Below, one piece after another: positions 50,000 through 62,887 of a stretch of 64,000 bases of DNA. The notes beneath the pieces were generated by a model, which made no database searches, had not been told where the DNA came from, and worked only from the letters and a program-made list of their open reading frames with translations. The DNA comes from Ptychomitrium polyphyllum. Taxonomy: Eukaryota. The stretch covers positions 15,624,001 to 15,688,000 of the forward strand of contig OZ316775.1 in the NCBI GenBank assembly GCA_973851085.1, in the 5' to 3' direction. Within the stretch, counting starts at the first letter, position 1. Each line of letters opens with the position of its first letter. Position numbers and translations under genes: made by a program.

Positions 50000-52750
50000 T
50001 TAAGTTACTTCTTTAATAGGGGCCTTAGATTCTTTCTTAATAAATCTTTTGACATTGTACACCATATAAGTTTGTTTTATAGATTTCAGATATTCAAATG
50101 TGCACAATATGGTACTTAAATCTAAGAGCTTGTAAATCTTTGGGAGAAACATAGCATCAATATTGTATTAGTTGGAAATCCCATTTTGGAACTTTACTTA
50201 ATCCATATAAGGAATAATGCTCATCATAACCTTTAATCCATATATTATGAGCATGGAACTTATTGATTCAACTATCAAGCATTAATGATTGGTATACTTA
50301 TTGTATAATATATTTTTTATGGAAGTAATTGTTTGGATCACTTGTTTCAAGCAATTGTTTGGAAAAATCCATGATATATTTTTTTTTGAAGAGATTGATT
50401 TGATAGCTATGTCTTAACACAAGTTTTTGAAATTTAAGTTGCATCCATATTACTATATCCACATTTAGTACCATTAAAATTTTCTTTCAAAATCTAAAGC
50501 TTGAAGTTTCAAAATAAATTCTTCAAAGTGATTGCAAAGAAAAACCTTAACAAATTTTTAAGTGAAAATATTAGAATGTAATACAAATCCCTCATTTTCT
50601 ATATGTCCATTATTAAAATATTATTTTTTAATCACAATTTTACAAAGTTACTTTTGAATATCATTTTCATTTTCATACACTTCTAATTTGGTAATTGTAG
50701 GAAATTTAAAAATATGATTTTTTAACATCTTCACTATTAAAATATTCAATAACTAACATAAGCTAGATGACGTTTATGATGGATTGGCATCCTAAATGTC
50801 AAATTGGCATATGGAATTTAATAACATTAATAAAATGGACGTTCTAGCAATTAGAAGTTGAAATAAAAAAGTGAACATATTTCAAAATTGTATTATAGAG
50901 TGATTGTTAACAAAATTAAATTGAATGTTGATATAAAACAAATTTATAGATCCTATAAGTAAATAGATCATATTTAGAGATTAAAATTAAATATAAATTA
51001 TTATCAAAAAAACAAAATCAACTTGTTTTTCTTATTTTTCAAATTTTGATTATAAATTATGTGTTTGAAAAAAACTTACTTTAATATATTTTTTGAGTTG
51101 AATAAAATGTCTCAACACATAAAATGATAAAACTTCTATATTAATATTTCACCCAAATTAAGATATTTCCTTTTAAGATTTTTATTTAGAATTACAATTT
51201 GAACCTCTCAATCATTTTATTGATCACTTCTTAGCTTTTAAATTTTCCTCATTATGATTAAAAATAAAGCATTTTCAAATTCTTACGTCCCTATTTTTAG
51301 TAGAAAAAATGAAAATAGAAAAAAAGATCATTTCCTATTTCAACCTTACAATTTTTAAATTGATAGAATTATACTTGAAATTTAATTTTGAAGTTTGTTC
51401 ATTAAATTTTATCAAATGATTGAAAGAATTTGAATTAAAAATACAAAGTTTAAGAAATATTTTTCTTAATTGTAAAAAGAAATATAAATAAAAATGAATT
51501 GAACTAAAAAAAACTGTGCAATTGGGTGCAAAATTGCAAGAATTAAACAACCACATAAATTGATTTATTATATTTGAAATTTGATATCACCATATTAAAA
51601 AATTTGATAAAAAGAATATAACTTTAACTTTAAATCATTAACTATTCAAAAATGTAACGTATATTGAATTTAAAGTGAACAAACTTAAAAGATTAAATCT
51701 GTAAACCAACAGACTTTAAAAGTCGTTCACACCTTAAAACCATTATTAAAATTTGCATTTTGTACTTTAGAGATTTTATTATATATTGTTTTAATTACTC
51801 ATGCTAACTTTTGTTCTCTTATTTTGGCTTTTGGCATTTTTATGGTATGGTTTTTGGAAATGAAATTAATATATAAATTAACTTAGTTTTTAATGCCAAT
51901 GCATTATCTCACCATAGAGAGAAACTTCTACAAAAAAACAGAATTAGTCTACATACTCATTTAGGAACTCCATGCTATTGGAGAAAATAATTGTGGTTAA
52001 AGCTAAAAAGAAAGGTCAATTACAACTCTACATTTGATTAATGAATAGCTATAATTACTAGCTATTTACATCTTTGCTTAAAGAAATGACAAATTATTAT
52101 TTGAAGGCCAATTTTTTTTTAAAAATCTATACAAATTTTTCTAAGTTATGTTTTATGTAAAAACTAGATGAAATAATCCATATGAACAAATAATAGGTGG
52201 ATTTTATTTAATAAAGGATTTTGACCAAAAATTTCATAAAACTTCCCATATGCTAATTCTAATGCAAATAAAGCCAATGGTTGTTATTAGTAGCAATGTT
52301 CATTCAACTACAATTCCATTCAAAACATTGCACAATTATTCCACCAATCCTAGACATGATTTAGATTCTTTTAAAATCGTGTTGGTGCAATTTCATCCAA
52401 TGCCTTGGTTGCTCTTCTTTGACTAAATTGCTTTGCTTGTTACATTCTATGTAGTATAACATTGTTCCTTTGTTATAAGTTTTCAATTATATAATTAGAT
52501 CTACTTCTCACCATCTTCCATTGTCCATGAGTGAAGAAATTTTTCTTAAATTTTTCAACTTTTTCTTTAAGGCTTTAAACCTTGTTCCATTATATATATG
52601 ATAAATATTTTGATGATGAAAGAGAAAATGAGTTGACTAAGACTATCTATGTTACAACATTTATTGCAAAAAAATCTTCTTCCTTTGACAATTTAAAAAG
52701 TGTTCTTAGAATAATAACGTTTTGAAAGCTAGTCCACAGAGGAATACTTT
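50000..52750. mobile_element. Highly AT-rich decayed element between the LHCB copies, possibly a transposon relic
   Basis: Extreme AT bias and CpG depletion. The minus strand near 52200-52440 reads as stop-riddled protein-like text (KQFSQRRATKALDEIAPTRF*...DWWNNC...LAYGKFYEIFG). Family not determined. Confidence 0.35.
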
Positions 52751-53265
52751 TTCCATCTTGAATACTTTTTATGTCTTCCCATACTTAACATGCGTATTAA
52801 TTGCCATCTGGGTGGTATCATTTTCACACATTGCAAGAAAGACAGAAACATGGTGAAAGCTGATTCTCCTTACTAAGCAGGAAACGAAAGTCTGAGTTCT
52901 AGCAACGGACAGACGGCTGCACACATGTGTGTTGCTGTTGCAAACATTCGGGTTAGTGTACCTGCCAGAGAAGCAGAGTTTGGGTAATTCCTTGCCGAGT
53001 AACACTGACACTGTCAGAATCAACGATCTAGACAGCCGCTCACCTCGCTGGGTACTGGATCGCCCCATCCACTTAGTATCCTAATTGCAGACTCTCACCC
53101 AATCACCGCGAGTTCAGCGTTTGTGGCTCGTGGTTGATGGCAATTCTCCACCAGGCATCCGTTGCAACTCATATGCTATAAGAATATCGGCTCTTACATT
53201 CGCTACAGCATCTTTTCCTCTCCTCGTACACGTGCTCGCTCATCCAGCTCAGAGTATCTGCAGCC

Positions 53266-54512
53266 ATGGCCGCCGCTACCGCGATGCACTCTACAGCCCT
53301 GGCTGGACAGGCTCTGCTCAAGCCCGTCAACGAGCTTGCACGTCAGGTGGGCAGCAGCCAGGCCCGCGTCTCCATGCGCAAGACCGCCAGCAAGTCTTCT
53401 GGCAGCGACAGCATCTGGTGAGTGCAGCTCTGTGTCCTTTTTGCGACTAGATGTATTTGTGGCGAGCACCGTGATGTCGTTGTCGTCCTTGCTCTGTCTT
53501 TTCAAGGTACAGAGACTACGTACCGTTTCTGTGCGAACGCATGTACTATACTTCATGCTGAGATTATCTTCCAGTAGATATTTCGCTAAACTCGCACTCA
53601 TATCTGCTGATTCGTCCAGTCCTTCGATTTCACAAGCGGAAGTGGTAGAATGAGAACTATTGTTGATTCTCTTCGTGCCCTGTTTCGAGGTTATGCCTCG
53701 TACACTCCACTGCAGAGGTGTCTTGAGGGTCTGTGCTGATGTACATTCAACGTATAGTACAGATAATTGACTGAAAATCTGAATGCGAGTTTTTGATCGT
53801 CACTGTACAAGTGCATTGAGGCAGCTGTTCGCTGACATGGTTCTCCCTTGGGCATGGCAGGTACGGAGCCGACCGACCCAAGTTCCTGGGCCCCTTCTCG
53901 GAGAACACCCCCTCGTACCTGAACGGTGAGTTCGCCGGCGACTACGGATGGGACACCGCCGGGCTGTCGTCCGACCCCGAGACGTTCGCCCGCAACCGCG
54001 AGCTGGAGGTCATCCACGCCCGCTGGGCCATGCTGGGAGCTCTGGGGTGCCTGACCCCCGAGCTGCTGGCGAAGAGCGGAGTGAAGTTCGGCGAGGCCGT
54101 GTGGTTCAAGGCCGGAGCCCAGATCTTCAGCGAGGGAGGGCTTGACTACCTGGGCAACCCGAGCCTGGTGCACGCGCAGAGCATCTTGGCCATCTGGGCA
54201 TGCCAGGTGATCCTGATGGGAGCCGTGGAGGGATACAGAGTGGCGGGCGGACCGTTGGGCGATGTGACGGACCCGATCTACCCGGGAGGGTCGTTCGACC
54301 CCTTGGGCTTGGCCGACGACCCCGACACGTTCGCGGAGCTGAAGGTGAAGGAGATCAAGAACGGGCGTCTGGCGATGTTCTCGATGTTCGGGTTCTTCGT
54401 GCAGGCGATCGTGACCGGCAAGGGACCTCTGGAGAACTTGAACGACCACTTGGCCGACCCGGTGGCCAACAACGCCTGGGCATATGCCACCAACTTCACC
54501 CCTGGGAACTAG
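53266..54512 (+). CDS. LHCB: Major LHCII chlorophyll a/b-binding protein (Lhcb1/Lhcbm type), copy 2, 267 aa
   Basis: Exon 1 53266-53417 ([20 protein letters not shown]...SDSIW, TG|GTGAGT donor) and exon 2 53861-54512, matching copy 1. TATA-like GCTATAAGAA at about 53176. Confidence 0.97.
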
Positions 54513-55299
54513 GTCTCGTGAGAATTTGTCGAAATGACACTTCCCGGTCCAATATTCTCGGGAATCTGTATCATAGAGTCTACACGCAGTGAGTCAATGT
54601 TATTGCTCGGTGGTTCGATTTGGATATGACTGCAGTTGTTAATAAACATCTTCAGAACGCATAAACTTCCGAGGTTTCCAATCTGTTTTGGCGAAATTAT
54701 TCCGAATGTGTAGATGTTGTGATTATTTGAATATTCTCTTTGTCTGCCTCGAGACTTGAGTGTGCGGAAGCCTATCTACTTGGTAGCATCATTTAGTCAT
54801 TGTTGGGCTGCTTTTGCCCAAACTGACAGCTTTGATCAATTGTATCAGACTGTTTTTGATCGATTGACTGTCCCACTTCGAGAGAAGGCTTGTAATCTTG
54901 TTTTCTACTTTCGTATTAGTCATTTTGCGGGCATCTCTAAGTACGAGAGCCATCACTCTTAGATGATGGAAGTTTTTATCTAAACATTTCTGTCACTTTT
55001 ATATCGCAGAGCTGTTTATGTTGTTAATCACTTCATGTTGCGAATTTGGTACAGGTCAGCTTGGCTTGCATGTTGACGATTTGATCCGCTCACCTCATCT
55101 GGAGCAGTACGATAGTATCCGTTATGCCTGAATGCATTGTGGATACGGAGTAGGTAATTGCAATATAAACCAAGTCGTATTGCAAGTGATCCTTGACTCG
55201 TCTCTGTCTGAGTTGCAGAACAAAATCGGGTTAATAGCTAAATGCACTTTACTCTCTCTTTGAAAGCAACTTTGTCACATACAGTGAAACCTACAATGT

Positions 55300-56400
55300 T
55301 TAGTTATGTAAATACTTTTGCGGAATTTTTATCCATGCTAGTGTACTGGTTGTGGGCTATGTAGTTGGTGTTTACTACAATTGAGTATTGTATGTAAGCA
55401 TATATCCAGTTTTGGGTTAGTAGTGAGACATTTGATTGATAGATCTTTTTGGGGTTGTAGAAGAGTTGTTCGCAAGCAATACCTGTGTGTTGTGTGAATT
55501 TGAATTCGAAGAAAGAAGCTTGTTTATGAATTAGTGATTCTTGAATGGTTCCAAAATTCAGTTGATATTCTATTATCAATGTTTTCATCATCTTTCATTC
55601 ATTAATATATGATAATCATTCAGCAATTGTTCCTAAATTATATTCTATATTAAATTTTAGAAGATGTCTTTAAAATGTTGGATTGATATTTTACTACAAG
55701 ATTTGAGCCATTGAGTGTTACTAATCTTTGTATAAGAAGGTGTGGAATATTTGTTCTTATATGAATACAGTGCACTTTTGCATTCTAAGGGAGGTTGTTT
55801 TGTCATCTAATTCTGTAATGATGTATTGGAGATAATTTCTAAATAAATTTGTATATAAACTAATGATAGGTGGCATTTATTGCTATTGAAATACAAGTAG
55901 TAGGAAGTAAATAGTAGAATGTGTAGGTGGTGTTTATTGTATTATCAAATCTTATTGTTTTATTAAAGGTGATAGCACTTGTAAAAATTTTCAATATAAA
56001 GAATTTATGTGCAAGGCTAAGGATTTTATTTTTTGTGTTATTTTGAATTTTGGAAGTATATTAAGTTCTTCATATGTAATATGGAATCAATTGAATGTGC
56101 TATGACATGAATGCTATGAAATGGGCTTACATGATGTTAAACTTTGGTATTATTGAATGTCTTTACAATGCAAATATTGTAATGAAATTTGGATCATTTT
56201 GTGCAATTAATTTAATCTAGTCGAGAACTTCTTGTGCTTGTATTTTAATGTGTTGGTAGATTAAGAGATTTGTGGTGAGAAATTTGAATATATAATGTTA
56301 AAGGTGGTTTGTAAGAATTGAAGTACTAATTTGATAGTACATATTGGCAATATTGATATAAGTGGTTTTTTTTTTGAAATATTATATTAATTTTGTTGAT
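55300..56400 (-). mobile_element. Decayed non-LTR (LINE-like, RNase H/zinc-knuckle-bearing) retrotransposon remnant
   Basis: AT-rich. Minus-strand translations with stops and frameshifts give NDENIDNRISTEFWNHSRITNS...FKFTQHTGIACEQLFY...CLHTILNC and a degenerate NIM*AHFIA segment. These resemble, from memory, the C-terminus and RNase H 'RAEL' motif of moss LINE polyproteins. Confidence 0.4.
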
Positions 56401-57085
56401 ATAGCCATTTGATTTTCATATCAAATGATTGGATTGAAATTGTAATTTTTGATGTTTTTGTTAAGCTAAGTGATAAATTTTTCATAGCTTATTTATTGCT
56501 ATTGTATATTTATCACATTATTATGTAAAAATATCGTATATATTTATAATAGCTATTAAAAGGATTATCATATTTCATAACTTGTATATCATGTAGATTA
56601 AATGAGAAATTATATTACATTATTGTGAATTTTTTGCATTTAAGTATCTTTCAAATTACTTCACTTGTACATATGTAAAAAATTCATGTCAAGTATATAT
56701 GATATTTTCAGTAAATCTTTATTGCAATGTATGGCAATAAAAAAGAATCATCTTACTGTAGGATAAACTTATAAAACTCTTTGAAAATCCAAAACATATC
56801 TAACTTGATAATTTACAATATGCATGAAACATCACGAAGCGGATTGGTTCCAAAACACCTTATTACTTACCAACTCTTAACTTAATTCTCTAATTAGTCT
56901 AATTCAATAGTACCTGTTAATAACCTGTTCAAATGCCATTTCCTTTTCAAGTGTGTGTTTCAAGAGCCTGGTGCTTACAGGCAATTCTACCTTCTGGTTA
57001 AACTTCATGGCTACAAAAGTGGGGCTCAAGTACAAGCCTACAAGGTTCAACTTGAAACTTTTGTGAAAGAAAAATCCAATTGGCA

Positions 57086-57132
57086 GATCAAGTTGAGACC
57101 TTGATCAAGTTGAGACCTTGATCAAGTTGAGA
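57086..57132. repeat. 17-bp tandem repeat, about 2.8 copies
   Basis: GATCAAGTTGAGACCTT at 57086, 57103 and partially 57120. Confidence 0.92.
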
Positions 57133-58204
57133 GCACATATCCCTGACACTGACGCAGCTCGCGTCCATTAACTGGATGATGACGATGCCGACGAGCATAT
57201 ATTATGCCTCTCGTCGGTAAATACTGTATGTACTGAAGCCTCGTGATTCTGCATGCAGCGGCAGAGAATATAATATTCTAAGACGGATGCTGCAAGTGGT
57301 AAATAGTTTACAGACAATTCTGTGTCCTATTATAGACCGGCCCCCCTGTAAGCCACATATTACTAATTAACTTCCTAGAATTAGAGTAATTTATATATGT
57401 ACTCCGCGAGGGCAAAGCCTGTCCATTTCCTCTCTCGCACGTCAACTCAGTATAAGAATGTGAACGGCTCCTCTGCCTTGTCATTCAGAATTGAGCATCT
57501 GAGTGATCTTATCTTTCTTCAACTGTGCAAAGTTGAGTGCTCCAGCGTCCCAGGTCGTTGATGATATTAGTTAGAATCTTGGTAGCTGTAAGTGCTCCGT
57601 TATCTAGTGTGAGATAGGTGTGCACCCGCTTCACATTCTCTTGTTGAGTTCCCTCGACACTTCGCTCCGGATCAACACGTTTTTAGTCTTCTGTACGCGG
57701 TAGTCAAAGGCAAGAGGATTGTGCTTGGGCTGCATCAACGTCGTGCGGATTTCTCCTTCAGGTACATCTGTCTGTGGGTTGATGGATGCCTTACAGTAGT
57801 TCCATGTATCATGCTGTTATTTATCGTGCAAATATGACCGTGAGGTGAGCCAAACCTTGCTTGCTTTGTCGTACTCTAAGGAACGAACTCTTAAATCCCA
57901 AGTCTTTCTCTGGGCAATGATCTAGTTCCTGAAATTGCAGAGCTTTCAGATGATCTTTCACTTCGTTTTAGACGAACACCACAATGACAGCCTTGGTACA
58001 GTACTTGAGCTATTTACACTTACAAATGTATTTTGTTTGAACATCAGAGTGGAATGTGATGAGAATGAAGAGTTTAAACTAATTGCAAGGAGATCGACAG
58101 CAGCAGAACATTACCTTGCATTGTCTTGATGAGATTTCTTTAAAAAGCCCTTTCTTGCTTTTACAGATTTTCTCCACCTTCTTCTTGTGTATTCACCATT
58201 TACG

Positions 58205-58345
58205 ATGGGCGACTGGGATTTTCAAGGACGCCCTTCGGGAGGCGTCTTGCTCGGTTACAAAAGGGGCGATGTCTTAAAAGGCATCGGGAAAGACATCGTG
58301 AAAGACGTAGGTACGGCATGTAGTGGTTCAAGTAAATCAGGATAG
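58205..58345 (+). CDS. Candidate small ORF, 46 aa (MGDWDFQGRPSGGVLLGYKRGDVLKGIGKDIVKDVGTACSGSSKSG)
   Basis: ATG in good context (ACGATGG), 39 nt after a strong acceptor (TTTCTTGCTTTTACAG|, 58166). Upstream there is a donor CAG|GTACAT (57761/57762) and a TATA-like GTATAAGAA at about 57450. No homology recognised. Confidence 0.35.
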   Translation: MGDWDFQGRPSGGVLLGYKRGDVLKGIGKDIVKDVGTACSGSSKSG

Positions 58346-60155
58346 GCGCTTGAAGTACGTAAAGCTTAGTGCTGGAAGGTGTTCAAAGAAGATTCGGCGT
58401 CCACAAATCTCACACGGGAATCACTAACTACAGCGGATACTAATTCCACATCGTTCAAATATGCAGAGCACTTCAACCTGTGTGTGGATGTCTCACGCTT
58501 CACAAGTTCTCACCATCATATCAAGTTGTGGTGGCATCAGGATTCATGTACTATTTTGGTCTGACTTCTGTAAAGGCTTGGCAACGAAGATGTTGTTGCC
58601 GAGACGAAGTTTGGTTTCTTCTAGCTAGACTTCGAAAATTCTCACATGTACGGGTCCAGGCAGTCACACGCTGGCCAAAGACCTCAGGAAGCTCCACAAA
58701 CCACCCTCCAAAGAGAATTCGTCGTACTGGTCTTGTAAATGACCATCAGTATCTGGCTGTCAGTATCTGTGTGATAGTTTCATTGTAAAATCTGTCTCAA
58801 AGTTCTTAAAAAGGTAGATGACAGAACCCATCGATATCTGTAACAGTAGAGTAAAACAAAATTAGACCTCATGCATCAGAAGCAGAGTAACATACTTCAC
58901 CAGAACACGTTTTCCAGGTTTGTAGAAAAATGGACAATATACAAAAAAGCTGGCCAAGTGTATGGTTCAAGAATGTTTGCATACACCCTTATAACGATAC
59001 TACTCGTTTGATGCTTTGTGATGTCCACTAAGTTTCTGATTAAGTAATACAAAAAATTCTACCGAAATTTTCACATGCAGCATCTCGTACCTCTATACCT
59101 GCCACCAGTACTTATATTGTGGACTTCAATGTTTAGGGCACCAAAGCCAAATTCGACAGACACCTAGAACTCCTGCCTTCATTTGCTTTTACAAACATGT
59201 CCAAAAAAATTTAATCTTCAATACTGCTGTTATGATTGCTTCAAAAATCGTAGTCACACACAAACAGAATGCCAATCACAAACCATCGAGCAAATGAACC
59301 ACATCAATCTTGTGGTACAGTTTGACGGTGATATCTGGAAATATTGTCTGGTAGGAACGACAGCTTTATCGTCGCCCTCTCAAAGCTGCTTACGCATTGC
59401 TTTGTCGTGAAAGACCAATTCTGCTACAATGGAGTTGTAAACCGAACGTGTAAGATATGTAAATGATATAAGAGATAACTCAACCGCAGAGAGCTCTTCA
59501 ATGACATATACAAAAGCATACTCAATAATGTAGGTAGAAGTCACTCATCTGTTGTTTACAAACAGTACTGGATCTGGTAAAGAACTGCATTGTAACACGC
59601 CCATTACAAAATTGTGATAAAATTTGGTTAGAGTTCACTTTATTATGCCACATCTCTGTGGACTTCGAATAAAACACCAGGTCTCTGAAAATTGAGCTAA
59701 TCCACATAGGAGAACAATTCCACTACTCGAGCTTCCTTGCCTTCGCTCCAACAGGATAGAATCCAGAATGTGGTCAAAAACAAAGTCTAGTATTCAACGG
59801 CTTCGCACCTCTCCCAAGTCCAAGTAATTCACTTGATACGACGCAGACTAAAGTAATTCTGTCAAACTGAAGCTGATAAGAAGCACCGTGAAATGATCTT
59901 GAAACAATTAGATTTTATGCAGTACCTTTTATTAGAAATATAAGACACCACTTGAAACGATTATTAAAATAAAGTAGGTGGGAAGGCTTCGGTTAATCAT
60001 CAACGAAGTAACGCAGGAAACGAGGAATTTCGAGGCCGAATTGGTACTCTCACACGAAGTTTTATGAAGGAGCATCAGACGACGAGTGCATCGATGCGAG
60101 GTCATCTTGTTGCTAAATTTGATCTCTACACTTTGAATGAACATACAGGACCACC

Positions 60156-60902
60156 ATGGCGGTGCTTGCAAACGTGGTGATCGTAGTCATGTCTCTCATG
60201 GCAGCAGCGTTTCACTCTCAAATGATGAATGTGGCCCCATAGACTATGTTGCGCTTTCCCTCGGCCCTGTTCCCAGTTTTGAAGGTGTCTAAGCGCGCAA
60301 CACCCTCCTTGAGAGCGCCGAGATGCCTGGCAAGGCGAAGGTTTTGCAACCCGAGGACGTAGCCTCAGATCCTAGTGGCACCTTTCTCTACGTCGGCACT
60401 TCGGATGGTTGGATTAAGAAAGTGCACCTCGCTCACGGCTCCGTGGAGAATTGGAAACATGTCGGAGGAAGCTGGACCTTGCGGTTGGGAATGGCAGGGA
60501 GCTTCTCGTCTATGAGCTAACCTTAAGTTTGCTTAAGGTAAATCCCTGTTTTTCCCAATTCAGCTGCGCAATCAAGTGTTAAACTTTGCTCAGATGATTG
60601 ATTATAATCCTCTACCGCAACGAATTGCAGGTCAATGAAGATGGAATCGAGGTTCTTGCAACCCAAGTGGGACGCCATCCTTGATCTCCTGTGGTAGTCT
60701 CCGTTCGTGAAATTCTTGCTTGCCATGTAGCCATTTCTAGTAGAGCCTTTCGTCACGACCAGGAAGACAGGGGCCCTGTTGGCCATCGATCAGAACGGTA
60801 ACCCTCTCGATTGGTACCAGGATCACTTCTGGAGCTGAGGTCCACAGAGAACTCTACGTCGGTGGACTCAGAGATGACTTCGTAGGCCGCATCATAATGT
60901 AA
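60156..60902 (+). pseudogene. Strictosidine-synthase-like (SSL/APMAP/hemomucin) pseudogene with an internal deletion
   Basis: Signal-anchor start MAVLANVVIVVMSLM, then (with frameshifts and stops) PIDYVALSLGPVPSFEGV*ARNTLLESAE...QPEDVA..LYVGTSDGWIKKV..VENWKHVGG..GLAVGNGRELLV..LLK|intron|VNEDGIEVLATQVG. This is fused directly to the C-terminal LDLLW*SPFVKFLL...LAIDQNGNPLDWYQD..ITSGAEVHRELYVGGLRDDFVGRIIM*. Confidence 0.85.
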
Positions 60903-62771
60903 GATATAGAGTTGCGGAATACGGCCATTCCTGTGTCGTAAGCTGCGTGCGATGAGTGGAGTCCAAATCACTTCCTTTCTATCGAATAGTTCTCTCCAAC
61001 GTTAAACTTCCAGTGGATGAAGCATTACAATCTGTACGCAAGATGACCCTGCACTTCTACAGCAGATCAGCGGGCCAGATGTTTCATAATGCGTATCACG
61101 TGGAGAAGAAATGCAGTTCTATTCTAGCCTCTTCGTCATGGTGCAGGTCATCCAGCTAAAGAATGTTACAAGCACTGAGGCTCAAAATGAATGAAGACTC
61201 TCTTAGCCCGTAAGGTCAAGATTTTAGCTGCACACAATTCAAAACAGAACATGCATTGTGAGATGTAGTTACCAGTTTGAGATTTTCATTTTTGATATAT
61301 CCATTGTGAGATATACTCTAAAGATTCTCACGTGGAATTCAAATCAAAAATCTCCATTAAAGATCTCGGAATGAAAAAGAATTAAAAGATTAATTGGACC
61401 TACAAAGTATGCTTACTGTTAGAATCATTTTTTTCAATCATTTTTTCAATCATTTACAAATAAATTCAATTTATATAACAAGTACAGATACATCATTCTT
61501 GGATGAACAACAAGCATTGATTTAATATAATATAGAGATTCTATGGATGTAGGAGTTTCTAATTTTACATGATTAGAATTGTCAACATATCTAAGGTTAA
61601 CGTTACTTATTGAAAATTTTGAATTTTAAAGATTTGAATCTAAGCATTTGTAGATGATTTTGAATTTCATCTTAAACTTTGAACTCTCCCAAAACAAGAT
61701 TATTGGCATTTTTTTGCTTTAAAAATTTTCTTAATTTTCTCACTTTTTAAGGTGAAATATAGTTAAAAGAGACAATTGATCAATTTTTTTTCTTATCCAA
61801 TAGTTGGATTTAGCATTATTATAAATTATACTTTATAATAATTAGAAATTCCAAATGTAAAATTTTGACCAAACAAAATTCAAAGATAACTTAGCAAGAA
61901 TGAAGTCATTGGTTTAAGTAATAAAAAAATATCAAAATTACCACATTAAGAATGATGCATTTGGAATCCAATTTCATAAATTCTATCCAAAATTTATTAA
62001 TATTTTGATTGTAGTCCTATTTTTAAAAAATTTAATTTTGAAGTTTCAAATTCATTTACAATTTTTTTGTTATAACATTGATAAATCAAACCATACAAAT
62101 AGGTTATAAAGTTTCAAATCTATAATGTTTCAAATCTATAAGTTTCATTAAACATTTGAAAGACTACAAGTTTTAAACCACTTGCAACTAATTATTACAA
62201 ATTTCCATCTTAGAAAAGAAATACAAACTTAAAAGACCATGTCTTTTGAATACCTTAGAGATTCACTATGATTTATTGAAGTTGAAAAAAAATGTGGTTC
62301 TAAAACCAACATTTACAAATTCAAAGATTCAACTTATTATTGTTGAAGATTTGATGAATGTCAAAACTAGGTACACATCAATCATACGTGCTCCTCAATA
62401 ACAACTCCAAAATATTCCTCCACGTAGCACTAAATAACAACTTTCCTCACGTTTCCACTTCAAAGGCCACCTAGTGACGTTAAAGGGGTTCGCATAAAAA
62501 CAGTTTTAGAAACTGTTCCTGTACCCAAAACCCACACTATGTAGCTCAGGTCAGTAAGTCTCTGAAACTCACTAACGACGGCGGGTTTGGGTACAGTGAC
62601 GGTTTTTTAATAGAGAAGCATCCCTTAGAGCTCCGAATTCATACGTGATCCTCGTGAATCCACCATCTTGAATCCAACACCGTGGATCCACCAGTGGAGC
62701 GTCGGATTTCTATGACTAGCGTAGATAGGATCGGCTTTGGGTACACTCGCGGGCTTAGGAATGCGTTGCTT

Positions 62772-62793
62772 TAGGGTTTGGGGATTAGGGTTT
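62772..62793. promoter_or_regulatory. Two telo-boxes (TAGGGTTT = AAACCCTA) upstream of RPL5
   Basis: TAGGGTTT at 62772-62779 and 62786-62793, with more copies in the introns. Telo-boxes are characteristic of plant ribosomal-protein gene promoters. Confidence 0.8.
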
Positions 62794-62887
62794 GGGGGGA
62801 AGCGCACTGCCTCTAAGACATGCGGGGCCTCCAACAGCGACTCTCTTCCAGGCGCCCTCCTTGCGCTCCTCGGCTCCGTCTTCTGCA

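Noticed and set aside
46054..54449. 231-aa and 252-aa minus-strand ORFs over both LHCB genes
   Set aside because: Antisense shadows of the high-GC3 LHCB exon 2.
57646..57666. miR395*-like sequence GAGTTCCCTCGACACTTC
   Set aside because: No complementary mature arm nearby, so no precursor hairpin.
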